64,000 nt of DNA from Candidatus Acidiferrum typicum (GTDB taxonomy: Bacteria > Acidobacteriota > Terriglobia > Acidiferrales > UBA7541). The first letter of the stretch is position 1, and each line of letters begins with the position of its first letter. The notes under the pieces are model-generated. The model had not been told where the DNA came from, ran no database searches, and was given only the letters and a program-made list of their open reading frames with translations. Where the stretch lies: contig JAOAPV010000040.1 in the NCBI GenBank assembly GCA_025463055.1, forward strand, positions 15,091 to 79,090, given 5' to 3'. The position numbers were made by a program, and so were the translations under genes. Below are positions 47,063-57,221 of the stretch, piece after piece.

Positions 47063-47170
47063 TCGAACTCTCCAAGAGACGAACCTCCATTATGAGAATT
47101 GCGAGGCTTGGCAGCAACGTCTGAGGGCGCGGTTGCGTCGAATTGGATACACTGGGCACGGAGGCCCGCC

Positions 47171-48307
47171 ATGCATAAACCGCTCTTACTGTTCCCCTTG
47201 CTCGCGGTCCTTGTGGGCGCGTGCCTTCTTTCCGCACAGTCTCCTACGGGGCCGATTGCGCCAAAGCCGGGCGCACCGATTCAGCAGGCTCCTCCACAAA
47301 GCAAAATTGTGGCGGGCGTAACGCTGGTGCACACGCCGGTGACGGTGAAGGACGGGCGCGGACAGCTAGTGGACACGCTGGACGCAAAGGATTTCCAGGT
47401 CACGGATAACGGAGTTCCGCAGCAGATTGCGCATTTCGATCTGGGCGGCGATCCGCTTTCCATCGTGTTTCTGGTGGAAACGAGTACCAGGATTACGCCG
47501 CTGCTGCCGCAGATTCAGAAGGCTGGGATCGTCCTGGGGGAAACGGTGATGGGCTCGGACGGCGAAGCAGCCGTAGTGGGGTTCAACGACGCGGTGGACA
47601 AGCTCCAGGATTTCACGACCAACCGGGATGCGGTTGAGAAAACTTTGACGAAGCTAAACACGGTGGGGACCCAGGGTTCAAAACTGTTTGACGCGATGGC
47701 GCTAGGTGTGGAGATGCTGAGCGGACGCCCGCTGCCCACCGCGGACGCTCCGGGGCGGCGACGAGTGATGCTGATATTGTCCGAAGCCACGGACGTGGGC
47801 AGCGAAACAAAATTGGGGGCAGTGCTGCGGCGCGCGCAGCTTTCGAATGTGACGATTTACTCCGTGGGATTGTCAACAACGATGGCGGAATTGAAAGCGC
47901 CGCCCAAGGACACTACGCCACACGTGACTCCCCCAGGGACTTTCGGACGGCCCAGTCCGCCGGGCGTGCCGCAAACGCCGGATACGCAAGCGGCGCAGTA
48001 CGGGACCGGGAATTTGATGGAACTGATGGTGTGGGCGGTGAAGCACGTCAAGGACAAGATCACGGACCACGCGTTGGAGCTGGCCGCAACGGCAACTGGC
48101 GGAGAGCATGTGCCCACATTTAAGAATCACTCCATCGAAAATGCGATCGATGAAATTGGAGGCGAGCTGCACTCGCAGTACTCGCTGAGCTACATACCTA
48201 GCGGAACGAATGAGACGGGATACCACGAAATCAAAGTGACCGTGAAGAAGGAAGGATTGAAAGTGCGAGCGCGGCCGGGCTATTACATAGCGGGGCCGGA
48301 GAGCTGA
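47171..48307 (+). CDS. secreted VWA-domain protein (acidobacterial VWFA-related type)
   Basis: Start MHKPLLLFPLLAVL (ATG 47171). VTVKDGRGQLVDTLDAKDFQVTDNGVPQQIAHFD..LSIVFLVETS... C-terminal ..GYHEIKVTVKKEGLKVRARPGYY. Confidence 0.75.
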   Translation: MHKPLLLFPLLAVLVGACLLSAQSPTGPIAPKPGAPIQQAPPQSKIVAGVTLVHTPVTVKDGRGQLVDTLDAKDFQVTDNGVPQQIAHFDLGGDPLSIVFLVETSTRITPLLPQIQKAGIVLGETVMGSDGEAAVVGFNDAVDKLQDFTTNRDAVEKTLTKLNTVGTQGSKLFDAMALGVEMLSGRPLPTADAPGRRRVMLILSEATDVGSETKLGAVLRRAQLSNVTIYSVGLSTTMAELKAPPKDTTPHVTPPGTFGRPSPPGVPQTPDTQAAQYGTGNLMELMVWAVKHVKDKITDHALELAATATGGEHVPTFKNHSIENAIDEIGGELHSQYSLSYIPSGTNETGYHEIKVTVKKEGLKVRARPGYYIAGPES

Positions 48308-48342
48308 GCCCTCGCTTCCGGGCCGATTGTTTCCGGAACTCG

Positions 48343-48840
48343 TTAACCTAGCCTTGTCTGGCGCCGACCCAATCGGCTGAAGCCTGGATGAACGCCGGGA
48401 GTCAGGCCTTGCTCATCGGCAATCCGCTGAAGAAATCCGGTCAGCTGCTCACGCTCGCGCTGAGACAGCGCTGCGCAGAGTGATTCGTTGTGTTCCTGTC
48501 CGACGCGACTTATATCACGGAGTGCCACCTGCCCTTTGTCGGTCAGGTGGAGCTCATATGTGCGCCGATCCGCTAGGCTGTCCCGCCGCTTCACAAGCCC
48601 CCGCTCCTCCAACTCGTCGATGATCGCCACCAAACCGCTCGGGTGCATATGGAGCGCCTCCGCCAGTCCTTGTTGGCTGAGCCCTCCGGATTTCCGGAGC
48701 ACCCTGAGAATGCCCGCATGCGGTGGCGAAAGTCGCAAAGGAGCAAGCCGCTCCGCGAATTTACGAGCAGCGTGCGACCCTACCTGGGCGAGCAGGAACG
48801 CCGCAGAAGAAGGCCGTTGAGTTTCACTGGGATTTGCCAT
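48343..48840 (-). CDS. MarR-family transcriptional regulator
   Basis: LSPPHAGILRVLRKSGGLSQQGLAEALHMHPSGLVAIIDELEERGLVKRRDSLADRRTYELHLT. Confidence 0.9.
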   Translation of the reverse strand: MANPSETQRPSSAAFLLAQVGSHAARKFAERLAPLRLSPPHAGILRVLRKSGGLSQQGLAEALHMHPSGLVAIIDELEERGLVKRRDSLADRRTYELHLTDKGQVALRDISRVGQEHNESLCAALSQREREQLTGFLQRIADEQGLTPGVHPGFSRLGRRQTRLG

Positions 48841-48942
48841 GGCTGACCATGATTACACATAATAATCGTTTTTCACGTAAATGATTGTGCTGTGAAATTA
48901 ATGGGCTAGCGCCAACGTATAGGAGAAGAGGAGGGTTAGACC

Positions 48943-49179
48943 ATGACTATCTATTCCACCGTTCTCTTCATTCACGTAGTTTCTGCGATCGGGCTGTTCA
49001 TTACGTTGGCAGCGGAAGGCGCGATTGTCCTTCGCATTCGCTCCGCCCAAACCGTCGAGCAGGCGCGATTTTTCATTCGGGTATTTCAACGCCTTCGCAT
49101 AGTTGCCATTCCCTCTTTTCTCGGCGTTCTGGTTGGTGGACTGAAAATGATGCGTCAATCGAAGCGCTATCGGCTATGA
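48943..49179 (+). CDS. small membrane protein (first gene of the MarR-divergent operon)
   Basis: AGGAGAAGAGGAGGG SD. MTIYSTVLFIHVVSAIGLFITLAAEG.. plus a second TM. Its stop overlaps the next ATG (ATGA at 49176-79). Confidence 0.6.
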   Translation: MTIYSTVLFIHVVSAIGLFITLAAEGAIVLRIRSAQTVEQARFFIRVFQRLRIVAIPSFLGVLVGGLKMMRQSKRYRL

Positions 49180-49433
49180 CAAAAGACACTGCACTCTTGC
49201 TCTCGTATGGATTGCGCGTTGGACTGGGCCTCGGAATCGTATTCCTAATGACAGCAAAACCGGACTTGCGCGGCTCGCTGGGCGCTCTAGGTGCCGGATG
49301 CGGTGCGGGGTTGCTCGGTGCTGCGTGGATGCGCCGAGCTTCCAATCGAATCGGAACCGTCCGCTGTCTATGGAGTCAAACGCGACAGCTTAAGGCGGGA
49401 CAGAAAGCTCGCTTCGAGGAGGCACAGCTATGA
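49176..49433 (+). CDS. small membrane protein (second gene of the operon)
   Basis: MTKDTALLLSYGLRVGLGLGIVFLM...GALGAGCGAGLLGAAWM. ATGA overlaps at both ends: 49176 with the previous gene and 49430 with the SDR gene. Confidence 0.5.
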   Translation: MTKDTALLLSYGLRVGLGLGIVFLMTAKPDLRGSLGALGAGCGAGLLGAAWMRRASNRIGTVRCLWSQTRQLKAGQKARFEEAQL

Positions 49434-50176
49434 GTTCCCTGTCAGGCAAGATTGCAATCGTCACCGGCGGATCGCGTGGAATTGGCGCCGCTATCGCAAC
49501 TCGGCTGGCCGCCGATGGCGCCGCCGTTGCCGTGAACTATGTGAGCCATCAGGCGGATGCCAACGATGTGGTCCAAAAAATCATGCAAGCCGGCGGAAAG
49601 GGCATCGCTATCCAAGCCGATGTCTCGAAGAGTGAGGACGTCCGCCTTTTATTCAACGAGGTAGTCGAACGGTTCGAGGGATTGGACCTGCTCATCAACA
49701 ACGCAGGCGCTACACACATTCGCCCCATGCCAATCGCCGATGCGACGGACGAGACTTACGACTGGACGTTTGCTGTCAATACGAAGGGGACATTTCTGTG
49801 TCTTCGTGAGGCAGCAAAGCATATGCGTAATGGTGGACGAATCGTCAATCTGTCGTCCACAGGCGTATTTAACGCACATTCCGGATACGCCATTTACAGC
49901 GCGGCAAAAAGTGCCGTAGAAGTCTTCACGCGGGTCCTCTGCAAAGAGCTCAAGGGCCGGAACATCACCGTTAACTGCGTTGCACCTGGCGCAACAGCGA
50001 CGGAGCAATGGCTCAAGGGCAAATCGGAAGAACTGCGGCAAACCATCGCCAATCTATCGCCATTGAACCGCTTGGGCACACCAGAAGACATAGCTGGCTT
50101 GGTTGCGTTTCTCGTGAGTCCGCAGGGCGAGTGGGTCAATGGTCAAATCATTCGCGTCAACGGTGGTTTTGCCTAG
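49430..50176 (+). CDS. SDR-family oxidoreductase (FabG-like)
   Basis: TGGSRGIG, NNAG, and catalytic YSAAK. 248 aa. Confidence 0.92.
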   Translation: MSSLSGKIAIVTGGSRGIGAAIATRLAADGAAVAVNYVSHQADANDVVQKIMQAGGKGIAIQADVSKSEDVRLLFNEVVERFEGLDLLINNAGATHIRPMPIADATDETYDWTFAVNTKGTFLCLREAAKHMRNGGRIVNLSSTGVFNAHSGYAIYSAAKSAVEVFTRVLCKELKGRNITVNCVAPGATATEQWLKGKSEELRQTIANLSPLNRLGTPEDIAGLVAFLVSPQGEWVNGQIIRVNGGFA

Positions 50177-50421
50177 TGCAAGGTCAACGTTCTGGTATGC
50201 CCTACCCATCGAAAACGTCGTTTTCTAGCGGGACGTGAATCTCCCATTTTGGAAACCGCTGGAGCGGCCACTTTATTCCCGCTTCTTGCCACTTTCACGC
50301 ACACGCCAAAAAAAACAAATACGCAAATTTGGAATACGGCGGCCGCTGTTGCGGTCGACAAGAGTGTAAGCGTCGCGCGTTAAAGGCGCGCGGAAAGAAT
50401 CAAAGAAGAAGGAGAAACGCG

Positions 50422-50886
50422 ATGAAACTGTTTTGTGGAGTGATGGCGCTGGCCTGCGTGCCAGCGGCTGTGTCAGCAAATAACGTGCCTTATCCCAAAG
50501 AAAAGGTGGCCGAGTTTGTTGTCGAGAAGTTGGATGTCACGACGCTTCCGTCTGCGATCCGGCCGAAGCCAGAAAAAGGAAAGAAAACATTCGGTGAATA
50601 CGGCTACGTGACGCGGCAACTGGACGACAACGACGTGCTCGAGGCCGGGCCGGGGAACTCGCAAATTAACATCAAGGTTCTGGAGCAAGAGCCGGCTGGA
50701 ATTTACGTTTGCGTCGACGGTCAGGCGAAGAACGGGGACAACGACCGAATCCAGCGCGTGTTCCTGCTCAAGATGAAAAATGCCAAGGGCTTTCTGAAAG
50801 GCAGAGAGTCTTGGAAGGAATTCGAGGGTTGTCCGGTAATCGGCGGTGCCGACTCTGACTCCGCGGCAGACGCGTACGGAGGATAA
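50422..50886 (+). CDS. hypothetical secreted protein
   Basis: ATG 50422 with AAGGAGA SD and signal peptide MKLFCGVMALACVPAAVSA. Confidence 0.55.
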   Translation: MKLFCGVMALACVPAAVSANNVPYPKEKVAEFVVEKLDVTTLPSAIRPKPEKGKKTFGEYGYVTRQLDDNDVLEAGPGNSQINIKVLEQEPAGIYVCVDGQAKNGDNDRIQRVFLLKMKNAKGFLKGRESWKEFEGCPVIGGADSDSAADAYGG

Positions 50887-51008
50887 CATTTCGCGAATGC
50901 AATATTTCGCGTATGCAAGACAGCATTGGGGCGGCGTATCAGTCCTCGACGAATTTGCGAAGGCGACAGAGGGCGCTGTCCCACTGTTTTGAGATTAAAG
51001 GGTGGCCG

Positions 51009-52841
51009 CTAGCGGGTTTCTTGGCTGGCGCGGATTTCTTGCCAGCGGCGCGGGCGGCGGTTCGCTTGCAGGATTTTTTTGCGTAGGCGTATGGACTTCG
51101 GCGTGATTTCCACGAATTCGTCGTCGGCTATGAATTCGATCGCCTGCTCCAGGCTTAGTTCCTTATGAGGGATGAGGCGAATGGCTTCATCGGCGCTTGA
51201 GGAGCGCATGTTGGTTTGCTTTTTTTCCTTGGTGACATTGACGTCCATGTCTTGCTCGCGGGAGTTTTCGCCAAGGATCATGCCTTCATAGACTTGGATG
51301 GCCGGGCCGATGAAGAGTTCGCCGCGCTCTTGAATATTCCACAACGCGAACGCAGTGGAGACTCCGGCACGGTCGGCGACGAGCGCGCCGGTCGGGCGCA
51401 GGGCCATTTCGCCGGCATAGTCCATCCAGCCATCGAAAATGGAGTGAATCAGGGCGGTGCCGCGCGTGTCCGTGAGCAACTGGCTGCGCAAGCCGATCAG
51501 TCCGCGCGAGGGGATTTTGAAATCGAGGCGCACGCGGCCGGAATTGTGATTGCTCATTTTGAGCATTTCGCCGCGGCGGCTGCCGATGGTTTCCAGAATG
51601 ATGCCAATGAAGTTCTCGGGAACGTCGATCACCAGGCGCTCGACAGGTTCGAGCTTGCGGCCGTTTTCGCTGCGCACCACGATTTCGGGTTTGCCGACCA
51701 TCAATTCAAAGCCTTCGCGGCGCATGGTTTCAATCAGAATGGCGAGCTGCAGCTCGCCGCGGCCCAGAACGCGGAAGGATTCCGGCGTGTCTGTATCTTC
51801 CACGCGGATCGAGACATTGGTGAGCAGCTCTTTTTGCAGGCGATCGAGGAGGTCGCGCGAAGTGAGATAGCTGCCTTCTTTGCCGGAAAGCGGGCTGCTA
51901 TTGACGGTGAAAATCATGGCGAGGGTGGGCTCGTCGATCAGAAGGGGCTCGAGCGGCTGAGGATTGGCGAGATCGGTGATGCTTTCACCGATTTGGATGC
52001 CTTCGACTCCCGCGATAGCTACGAGGTCGCCGGCGAAAACGCTTTCGGCCTCGTCGCGTTCAAGTCCACGAAACGTGTAGAGCTTGGTGATGCGCGTGGA
52101 ATCTAGCTTTCCGTTGAGCTTGCTGATGCCTACATCGGTGCCGCGCTTGATGGTGCCGTTGAAGACGCGGCCGATGGCGATGCGACCGAGAAAATCGCTG
52201 TAATCGAGATTCATCACCTGAATTTGCAGTACGCCTTCGGGATCGCCTGGCGGAGCGGGGATGGATTTAACGATGGTCTCAAAGAGGGGAAGAAGATCTT
52301 TGGAATCGTCGCCGATTTTGCGATGGGCTACGCCGTCGCGGGCGTTGGTGTAGACGACGGGGAAATCGAGCTGGTCCTCGGTGGCGTCGAGATCGATGAA
52401 GAGGTCGTAGATTTCGTCCAGGACTTCCTTGGGGCGAGCGTCGGTGCGATCGATTTTATTCAGGACGATGACGGGAGGAAGCTTGGCGGCAAGGGCCTTT
52501 TGCAGGACGTAGCGGGTTTGGGGGAGCGGCCCTTCGCTGGCGTCGACGAGTAGCACGACGCCGTCGACCATGCGCAAGGCGCGCTCGACCTCGCCGCCGA
52601 AGTCGCTGTGGCCCGGCGTGTCAACAATGTTGATCTTGGTGTCGTGAAAAAAAAGCGCCGTGTTTTTGGCGAGAATGGTGATGCCGCGCTCGCGCTCGAG
52701 GTCGTTGGAGTCCATGACACGCTCGATTACGGCTTCATTGGCGCGGAAGATACCGGATTGCTTGAGCATAGCGTCGACGAGGGTGGTTTTGCCGTGGTCA
52801 ACGTGGGCGATGATGGCTATGTTGCGAATGTTTTGGGTCAT
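51009..52841 (-). CDS. typA: translational GTPase TypA/BipA
   Basis: [36 protein letters not shown]. 610 aa with the EF-G-like domain order. Confidence 0.97.
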   Translation of the reverse strand: MTQNIRNIAIIAHVDHGKTTLVDAMLKQSGIFRANEAVIERVMDSNDLERERGITILAKNTALFFHDTKINIVDTPGHSDFGGEVERALRMVDGVVLLVDASEGPLPQTRYVLQKALAAKLPPVIVLNKIDRTDARPKEVLDEIYDLFIDLDATEDQLDFPVVYTNARDGVAHRKIGDDSKDLLPLFETIVKSIPAPPGDPEGVLQIQVMNLDYSDFLGRIAIGRVFNGTIKRGTDVGISKLNGKLDSTRITKLYTFRGLERDEAESVFAGDLVAIAGVEGIQIGESITDLANPQPLEPLLIDEPTLAMIFTVNSSPLSGKEGSYLTSRDLLDRLQKELLTNVSIRVEDTDTPESFRVLGRGELQLAILIETMRREGFELMVGKPEIVVRSENGRKLEPVERLVIDVPENFIGIILETIGSRRGEMLKMSNHNSGRVRLDFKIPSRGLIGLRSQLLTDTRGTALIHSIFDGWMDYAGEMALRPTGALVADRAGVSTAFALWNIQERGELFIGPAIQVYEGMILGENSREQDMDVNVTKEKKQTNMRSSSADEAIRLIPHKELSLEQAIEFIADDEFVEITPKSIRLRKKILQANRRPRRWQEIRASQETR

Positions 52842-52951
52842 GGTGCTTGCTTGCGTCGTTGTCGAATTGCTTGGTCCAGCATCGAGCTGAGCGCTGGTTT
52901 ACAGATAGCTTGTAAGAGCAGAGGCACAAGTGCCTGTGCTACCTGGCGCAG

Positions 52952-52981
52952 ACAAAAATAGCTGCTGGTGCAACCAGCAGC
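52952..52981 (-). terminator. rho-independent terminator after the 53083..53862 gene
   Basis: Stem GCTGCTGGT, loop gca, stem ACCAGCAGC (9 bp). On the minus strand it is followed by TATTTTTGT. Confidence 0.75.
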
Positions 52982-53082
52982 CCGGACGAATCTCCCTTGA
53001 TTCTCAGGTGCGGTCTAGCAAGACAATTGTAACAGACAGACGGACGGAATTGCAGCCCGAGCGCTGGACGGGTGGCGAAAGA

Positions 53083-53862
53083 TCAATTCGGGGATTGCGA
53101 CTCCGACGCAGGGAGCTCGGTCGCTTTGCGTAAGTCTATTAGCTTCGAGCCGCTGGGCAATTCGAACAGTTTCGGGTCTGGCTGGCCGACAACGATGTCT
53201 GAGAGCTCGAAGTTCTGTGTGCCGAAGCGCGGGTCCGAACGCTTACTGATCAAATTGACGCCGAGCTTTGGCGCATACCAGAATTCGCGCTTCGCCAAAA
53301 TAGGACGGTCATTGCCAATGGCGCCCGTCTCGATCAGCATAGTGTCCCGCGCGCCAATCGTCTCCAACCCACCTATGGTTTGTTTGCCGAGATCTTCGGG
53401 ACCTGGCGAACCGGGCTTGCGGTCTGCGGCGGATACCGGAGAGACCGCAGCCTCAGGGGCGGAAAAGGTTTCCACTTGGCAAACCAGCTCGTTGGGCACG
53501 CAAATATAGAATGCATGTGAAACGGGATCGCTAATTTCAATCTGCGTGACGGGCGAATCGTGCTTACCGTCGTTGGGAACAAGCAGACGTCGCTCCTGGA
53601 AGATGCGGCCCGCGGCATCGCGGGCGATTGCGCGATGATTTACAAGGGTGATCGTGCTGCCGTCCGCGAGTTGCCGAGCCCATTCCGTATTTACAGTTGC
53701 GGTAAATGGTGCGTTGGCCAGCGATGGGATGAGGATGCTAACCAGGACCTCGCGAGTACCACCATCGGGCGGACGCTGGGCCTCACGGCGTGCTTGTGGA
53801 TTTGCAGGGAAATTGATGAACATGAGAAATACGGCGGGCAGCAAAAGACGCGGCAGGTTCAT
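53083..53862 (-). CDS. hypothetical secreted protein
   Basis: Signal peptide MNLPRLLLPAVFLMFINFPANPQA. No family recognised. Confidence 0.55.
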   Translation of the reverse strand: MNLPRLLLPAVFLMFINFPANPQARREAQRPPDGGTREVLVSILIPSLANAPFTATVNTEWARQLADGSTITLVNHRAIARDAAGRIFQERRLLVPNDGKHDSPVTQIEISDPVSHAFYICVPNELVCQVETFSAPEAAVSPVSAADRKPGSPGPEDLGKQTIGGLETIGARDTMLIETGAIGNDRPILAKREFWYAPKLGVNLISKRSDPRFGTQNFELSDIVVGQPDPKLFELPSGSKLIDLRKATELPASESQSPN

Positions 53863-53956
53863 ACGTCACCTTCTACAAACAATGATGCCAGATTTGCAGG
53901 AGGGCAGGGAGGGGCTCTTAGGATAGAACCACGCACAAGTGCAGAATTCGGGCGGC

Positions 53957-54409
53957 CTATTCGACGATGATGCGGTCCGCCCATTCCACCAGCGAGACGA
54001 AGATTGCCGGGTTGCCGAACTTGGCTCCCCATTGATTCAAATCGGTTTCCGTGACCCCACGGGCCCGGGAACAAGCGCCTCAAGCAAAGACGGGGATGTG
54101 CTTGTCGACGACTTTTTGGAGCGTTTCGCTCAGCGGCGGCCACCCTACCGGAAAAATCGCGCTTACCATGGATTTGCGCAGCAACGACGTGGCCTCGGCA
54201 AGAAGGAAAATTTGGACGTCGTGGCCAGCCTCGGCAAGCACGAGTCCGTGCGCGAAGGGAAATGCAGCCCTGGTGGGGTCATCGGGTCCCCACGCGCTTT
54301 TCATCATGATCTTGAGCTTCTTTGGCGGGGCTTGCGCTTGTGCTCGCGTCGCGCCCAGTGCGAAAAACGGCAAGCTGGCGAAACGAGAGAGAAGAGACCG
54401 TCGCATCAT
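53957..54409 (-). CDS. DsrE/DsrF-family protein with in-frame TGA (candidate selenoprotein, or pseudogene)
   Basis: Track ORF 54080..54409 ends ..VVDKHIPVFA at TGA (54082..54080). My read-through in the same frame continues GACSRARGVTETDLNQWGAKFGNPAIFVSLVEWADRIIVE to TAG (53957), which completes a normal-length DsrE-like domain. The TGA sits where the family has Cys (..V.VC..C...RG..). Confidence 0.5.
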
Positions 54410-54549
54410 GTGTTCCTCCGCCGAAGAGAAACTAAACTTCCCACATCTATACCATCCCTATTACGTATAGCCAAGCTAAAGGTGGCGACTGTGCTATGTC
54501 GACTGGAGGACTCGGAAGCAAGCAAACAGAATGATAGACTTCAGCCACT

Positions 54550-55212
54550 ATGAGGAACCGAGTGGGTGCCGCTTGCGTGTTTGCGCTGGGATGCTTTTGC
54601 GTATCAATCGCTCAAGAGCGACCAGAAATGATGACGAAACTCGAAGTCCTGTTACAGAGCCCAGATGTTCCAGCCGGAAGTTTTGCAGCCAAGCCGAAGG
54701 TCATATACCGCGCGGGTAACCGATACTGCCGAATCGAGGAACAACCTGACGCTGAGCGGGGAATTCAAGGATTGCTGATCGTCAACGAACCGGACTATTG
54801 GATGGCCAATCTTCTGACCAAGACGGCCCAACACGGGGTAGATAGTGGCCCTACTTTTGTGTGTCATATGCCGATGTTCGTGGATGGAGACAAGCCGGCT
54901 GAGGGCGCGGCGGATGGACTTGGAAATCTCGAGTTCGGACTAGAGTTCGAATACTTCAAGGGCAGGAAGGCCGCCGCGCAAAAAGGGCCCATCCTCCAGG
55001 GCAAACAGACTACCTCTTATCCCGTAAAAGTAGGCACCGCGGCATTTTCTCTATTCACCTATGGGACACCAGAACGTCCGCTGGCTGTGGCGCGGGTCCA
55101 GGGAGACAAGAACGAGATTTACTGGTACAGCGGTTACGGACACGTGCCATTTGACCCCAGGCTCTTCGCAAAACCCACAGGCTTGAAGATTGAAGAGTCG
55201 AAATCGCAGTAG
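54550..55212 (+). CDS. hypothetical secreted protein
   Basis: Signal peptide MRNRVGAACVFALGCFCVSIAQ. No family recognised. Confidence 0.55.
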   Translation: MRNRVGAACVFALGCFCVSIAQERPEMMTKLEVLLQSPDVPAGSFAAKPKVIYRAGNRYCRIEEQPDAERGIQGLLIVNEPDYWMANLLTKTAQHGVDSGPTFVCHMPMFVDGDKPAEGAADGLGNLEFGLEFEYFKGRKAAAQKGPILQGKQTTSYPVKVGTAAFSLFTYGTPERPLAVARVQGDKNEIYWYSGYGHVPFDPRLFAKPTGLKIEESKSQ

Positions 55213-55266
55213 TTTGCGAGATTCTTATCGAAGCAGGGTTTCTCGTGTGTGCCAAGGAGCGTGTAA

Positions 55267-57153
55267 ATGCGTCTTGTGCGATCCGGTGTGACTTCGAGAG
55301 TGCTGATGTTAGCTGCGTTTGCCGCGCTGGTGGTGGTGCGGACAGGCTATGCGCAGGAAGGCGAGGAGAAGGGCAAGGATTGGTCGCTGCTGTTTGACAA
55401 GACCGACGTGATGATTGTGTCGCGGGATGGAGTGAAGCTGCATACGGAAATTTATGCGCCGAAGGATACGAAGGACGCACTTCCGATCGTGCTGGAGCGC
55501 ACGCCTTACGGATTGAATGACGACGAGAAGGGATTCAGCCGCAAGCTGGGGCGCTATGCGGAAATGATCCCGGACGATTACATTTTTGTGTTTCAGGATA
55601 TTCGCGGGCGGTACGGGTCAGAGGGCAAGTTCGTGATGAACCGGCCCGTGCGCGATGCGAAGGATGCAAAGGCCGTCGATGAGGGTACGGATACGTACGA
55701 CGCAATCGATTGGCTGGTGAAAAATGTTCCGAGGAACAATGGGCGCGTGGGGCTGCTGGGGATTTCTTACGGCGGATGGCTGACGGTTATGGGCATGCTG
55801 GAGCCGCATCCAGCTTTGAAAGCTGTTTCGGAGCAGGCTTCGCCGGCAGATATGTTTCTGGGCGACGATTTTCATCATAACGGTGCGTTTCGGCTGAGCT
55901 ATGGATTCGAATACTCCACGATGATGGAGACGGACAAAACCAATTTCAAATTTCAGTTTGACCGCTTCGATACATATGACTGGTATCTGCGGCTGGGTCC
56001 GCTTTCGAACGCGAACGCAAAATATATCCACGGGACGCTGCCGACCTGGAACGATTTCGTGGCGCATCCCAACTACGATGCGTTCTGGAAAGCGCAGGCA
56101 ATGCCGTATTTGCTGAAGAAGCCGACAGTGCCGAACTTGAATGTGGCGGGCTGGTGGGACCAGGAAGATTTTTACGGTCCGATGAAAATTTATGAGCTGC
56201 TGGAGAAGAACGATTCGGAACATCTGAATTATTTGGCCGCGGGTCCATGGAATCACGGCGGTTGGGGCGGCGGGCGCGGCGATTCCCTGGGAGCGATTCC
56301 GTTTGGCAGCGACACGGCCCTGTATTTTCGGCAGAAGATCGAGGCGCCGTGGTTCGCATTTTGGCTGAAAGACAAAGGGAAGCTCCCGGTGAAGGAGGCG
56401 GTGTTGTTTCAAACCGGAAGCGACAAGTGGGTGCAGTTTGATTCGTGGCCGCCGCGAGAGGCGAAGAAACGCGACCTGTATTTTCGGGACGATGGAAGGC
56501 TTTCTTTTGAGGCGCCGGTGTCTGGCGGCGGTGAAGCGTTTGACAGTTATGTGAGCGACCCGGCACATCCGGTTCCGTACCGGCACCGACCCATCGATAT
56601 GACGTATCCGGAGGATCATCCGGGTGGGTGGTACACGTGGCTGGTTCAAGATCAGCGTTTTGTGGACCACCGGCCGGACGTTTTGAGTTGGCAGACTGAG
56701 GAGTTGAAGGACGATGTGACCTTGGCCGGCGACGTGACAGCGAGACTGTTTGCTTCGACGACAGGAAGCGACAGCGACTGGGTGGTGAAACTGATTGACG
56801 TTTACCCGGAGAAATCTGAGCAGAAATGGCAGCTCTCGGGATACGAGCTGATGATCGCGAACGAAGTGTTTCGCGGACGATTTCATAATTCATTCGAGAG
56901 GCCCGAGCCGCTGACCCCCGGCGCGGTGACTCCGTTTACGATTGATTTGCACACGGCAAACCATGTGTTCAAGAAGGGGCATCGCATCATGGTGCAGGTG
57001 CAGAGCACGTGGTTCCCGATCATCGACAGGAATCCGCAGAAATTTGTGCCGAACATTTTTGAGGCGCGGGAAACGGATTTTGTGAAGGCTACGCAGAGGA
57101 TTTACCGATCGAAGCGATATCCGTCGAGCGTCGAGATCTCGATTGTGCAGTAG
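55267..57153 (+). CDS. CocE/NonD-family hydrolase (S15 X-Pro dipeptidyl-peptidase-like), copy 1
   Basis: ..LERTPYG.., FVFQDIRGRYGSEG, nucleophile GISYGG, and a C-terminal jelly-roll ..HVFKKGHRIMVQVQSTWFP.. Confidence 0.88.
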   Translation: MRLVRSGVTSRVLMLAAFAALVVVRTGYAQEGEEKGKDWSLLFDKTDVMIVSRDGVKLHTEIYAPKDTKDALPIVLERTPYGLNDDEKGFSRKLGRYAEMIPDDYIFVFQDIRGRYGSEGKFVMNRPVRDAKDAKAVDEGTDTYDAIDWLVKNVPRNNGRVGLLGISYGGWLTVMGMLEPHPALKAVSEQASPADMFLGDDFHHNGAFRLSYGFEYSTMMETDKTNFKFQFDRFDTYDWYLRLGPLSNANAKYIHGTLPTWNDFVAHPNYDAFWKAQAMPYLLKKPTVPNLNVAGWWDQEDFYGPMKIYELLEKNDSEHLNYLAAGPWNHGGWGGGRGDSLGAIPFGSDTALYFRQKIEAPWFAFWLKDKGKLPVKEAVLFQTGSDKWVQFDSWPPREAKKRDLYFRDDGRLSFEAPVSGGGEAFDSYVSDPAHPVPYRHRPIDMTYPEDHPGGWYTWLVQDQRFVDHRPDVLSWQTEELKDDVTLAGDVTARLFASTTGSDSDWVVKLIDVYPEKSEQKWQLSGYELMIANEVFRGRFHNSFERPEPLTPGAVTPFTIDLHTANHVFKKGHRIMVQVQSTWFPIIDRNPQKFVPNIFEARETDFVKATQRIYRSKRYPSSVEISIVQ

Positions 57154-57221
57154 AAAGGCTTCGGATCAGACACAGAAGCCCAAGAGGCGAGAGCACAAAG
57201 CTACAGAAATTACGGAGAAAC

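Noticed and set aside
48885-49433. 182-aa ORF overlapping 48943..49179, suggesting a frameshifted pseudogene.
   Set aside because: The ATGA overlaps at 49176 and 49430 give two intact, coupled small genes. The 5' part of the 182-aa ORF is non-protein-like. A frameshift is not needed, though a fused ortholog would revive the idea.
55618-56886. 422-aa minus-strand ORF, together with the overlapping 315-aa ORF 55946..56893.
   Set aside because: Both are antisense to a well-supported CocE/NonD gene. The products are R/H/Q/P-rich low-complexity sequence typical of shadow ORFs in GC-rich DNA. The same reasoning discards other long antisense ORFs: 16127..16954 (in dnaN); 17835..18599 and 18611..19207 (in gyrB); 21156..21995 and 22110..22754 (in gyrA); 35211..36071 (in the hydrolase); 51216..52106 (in typA); 7000..7611; and 57696..58355.
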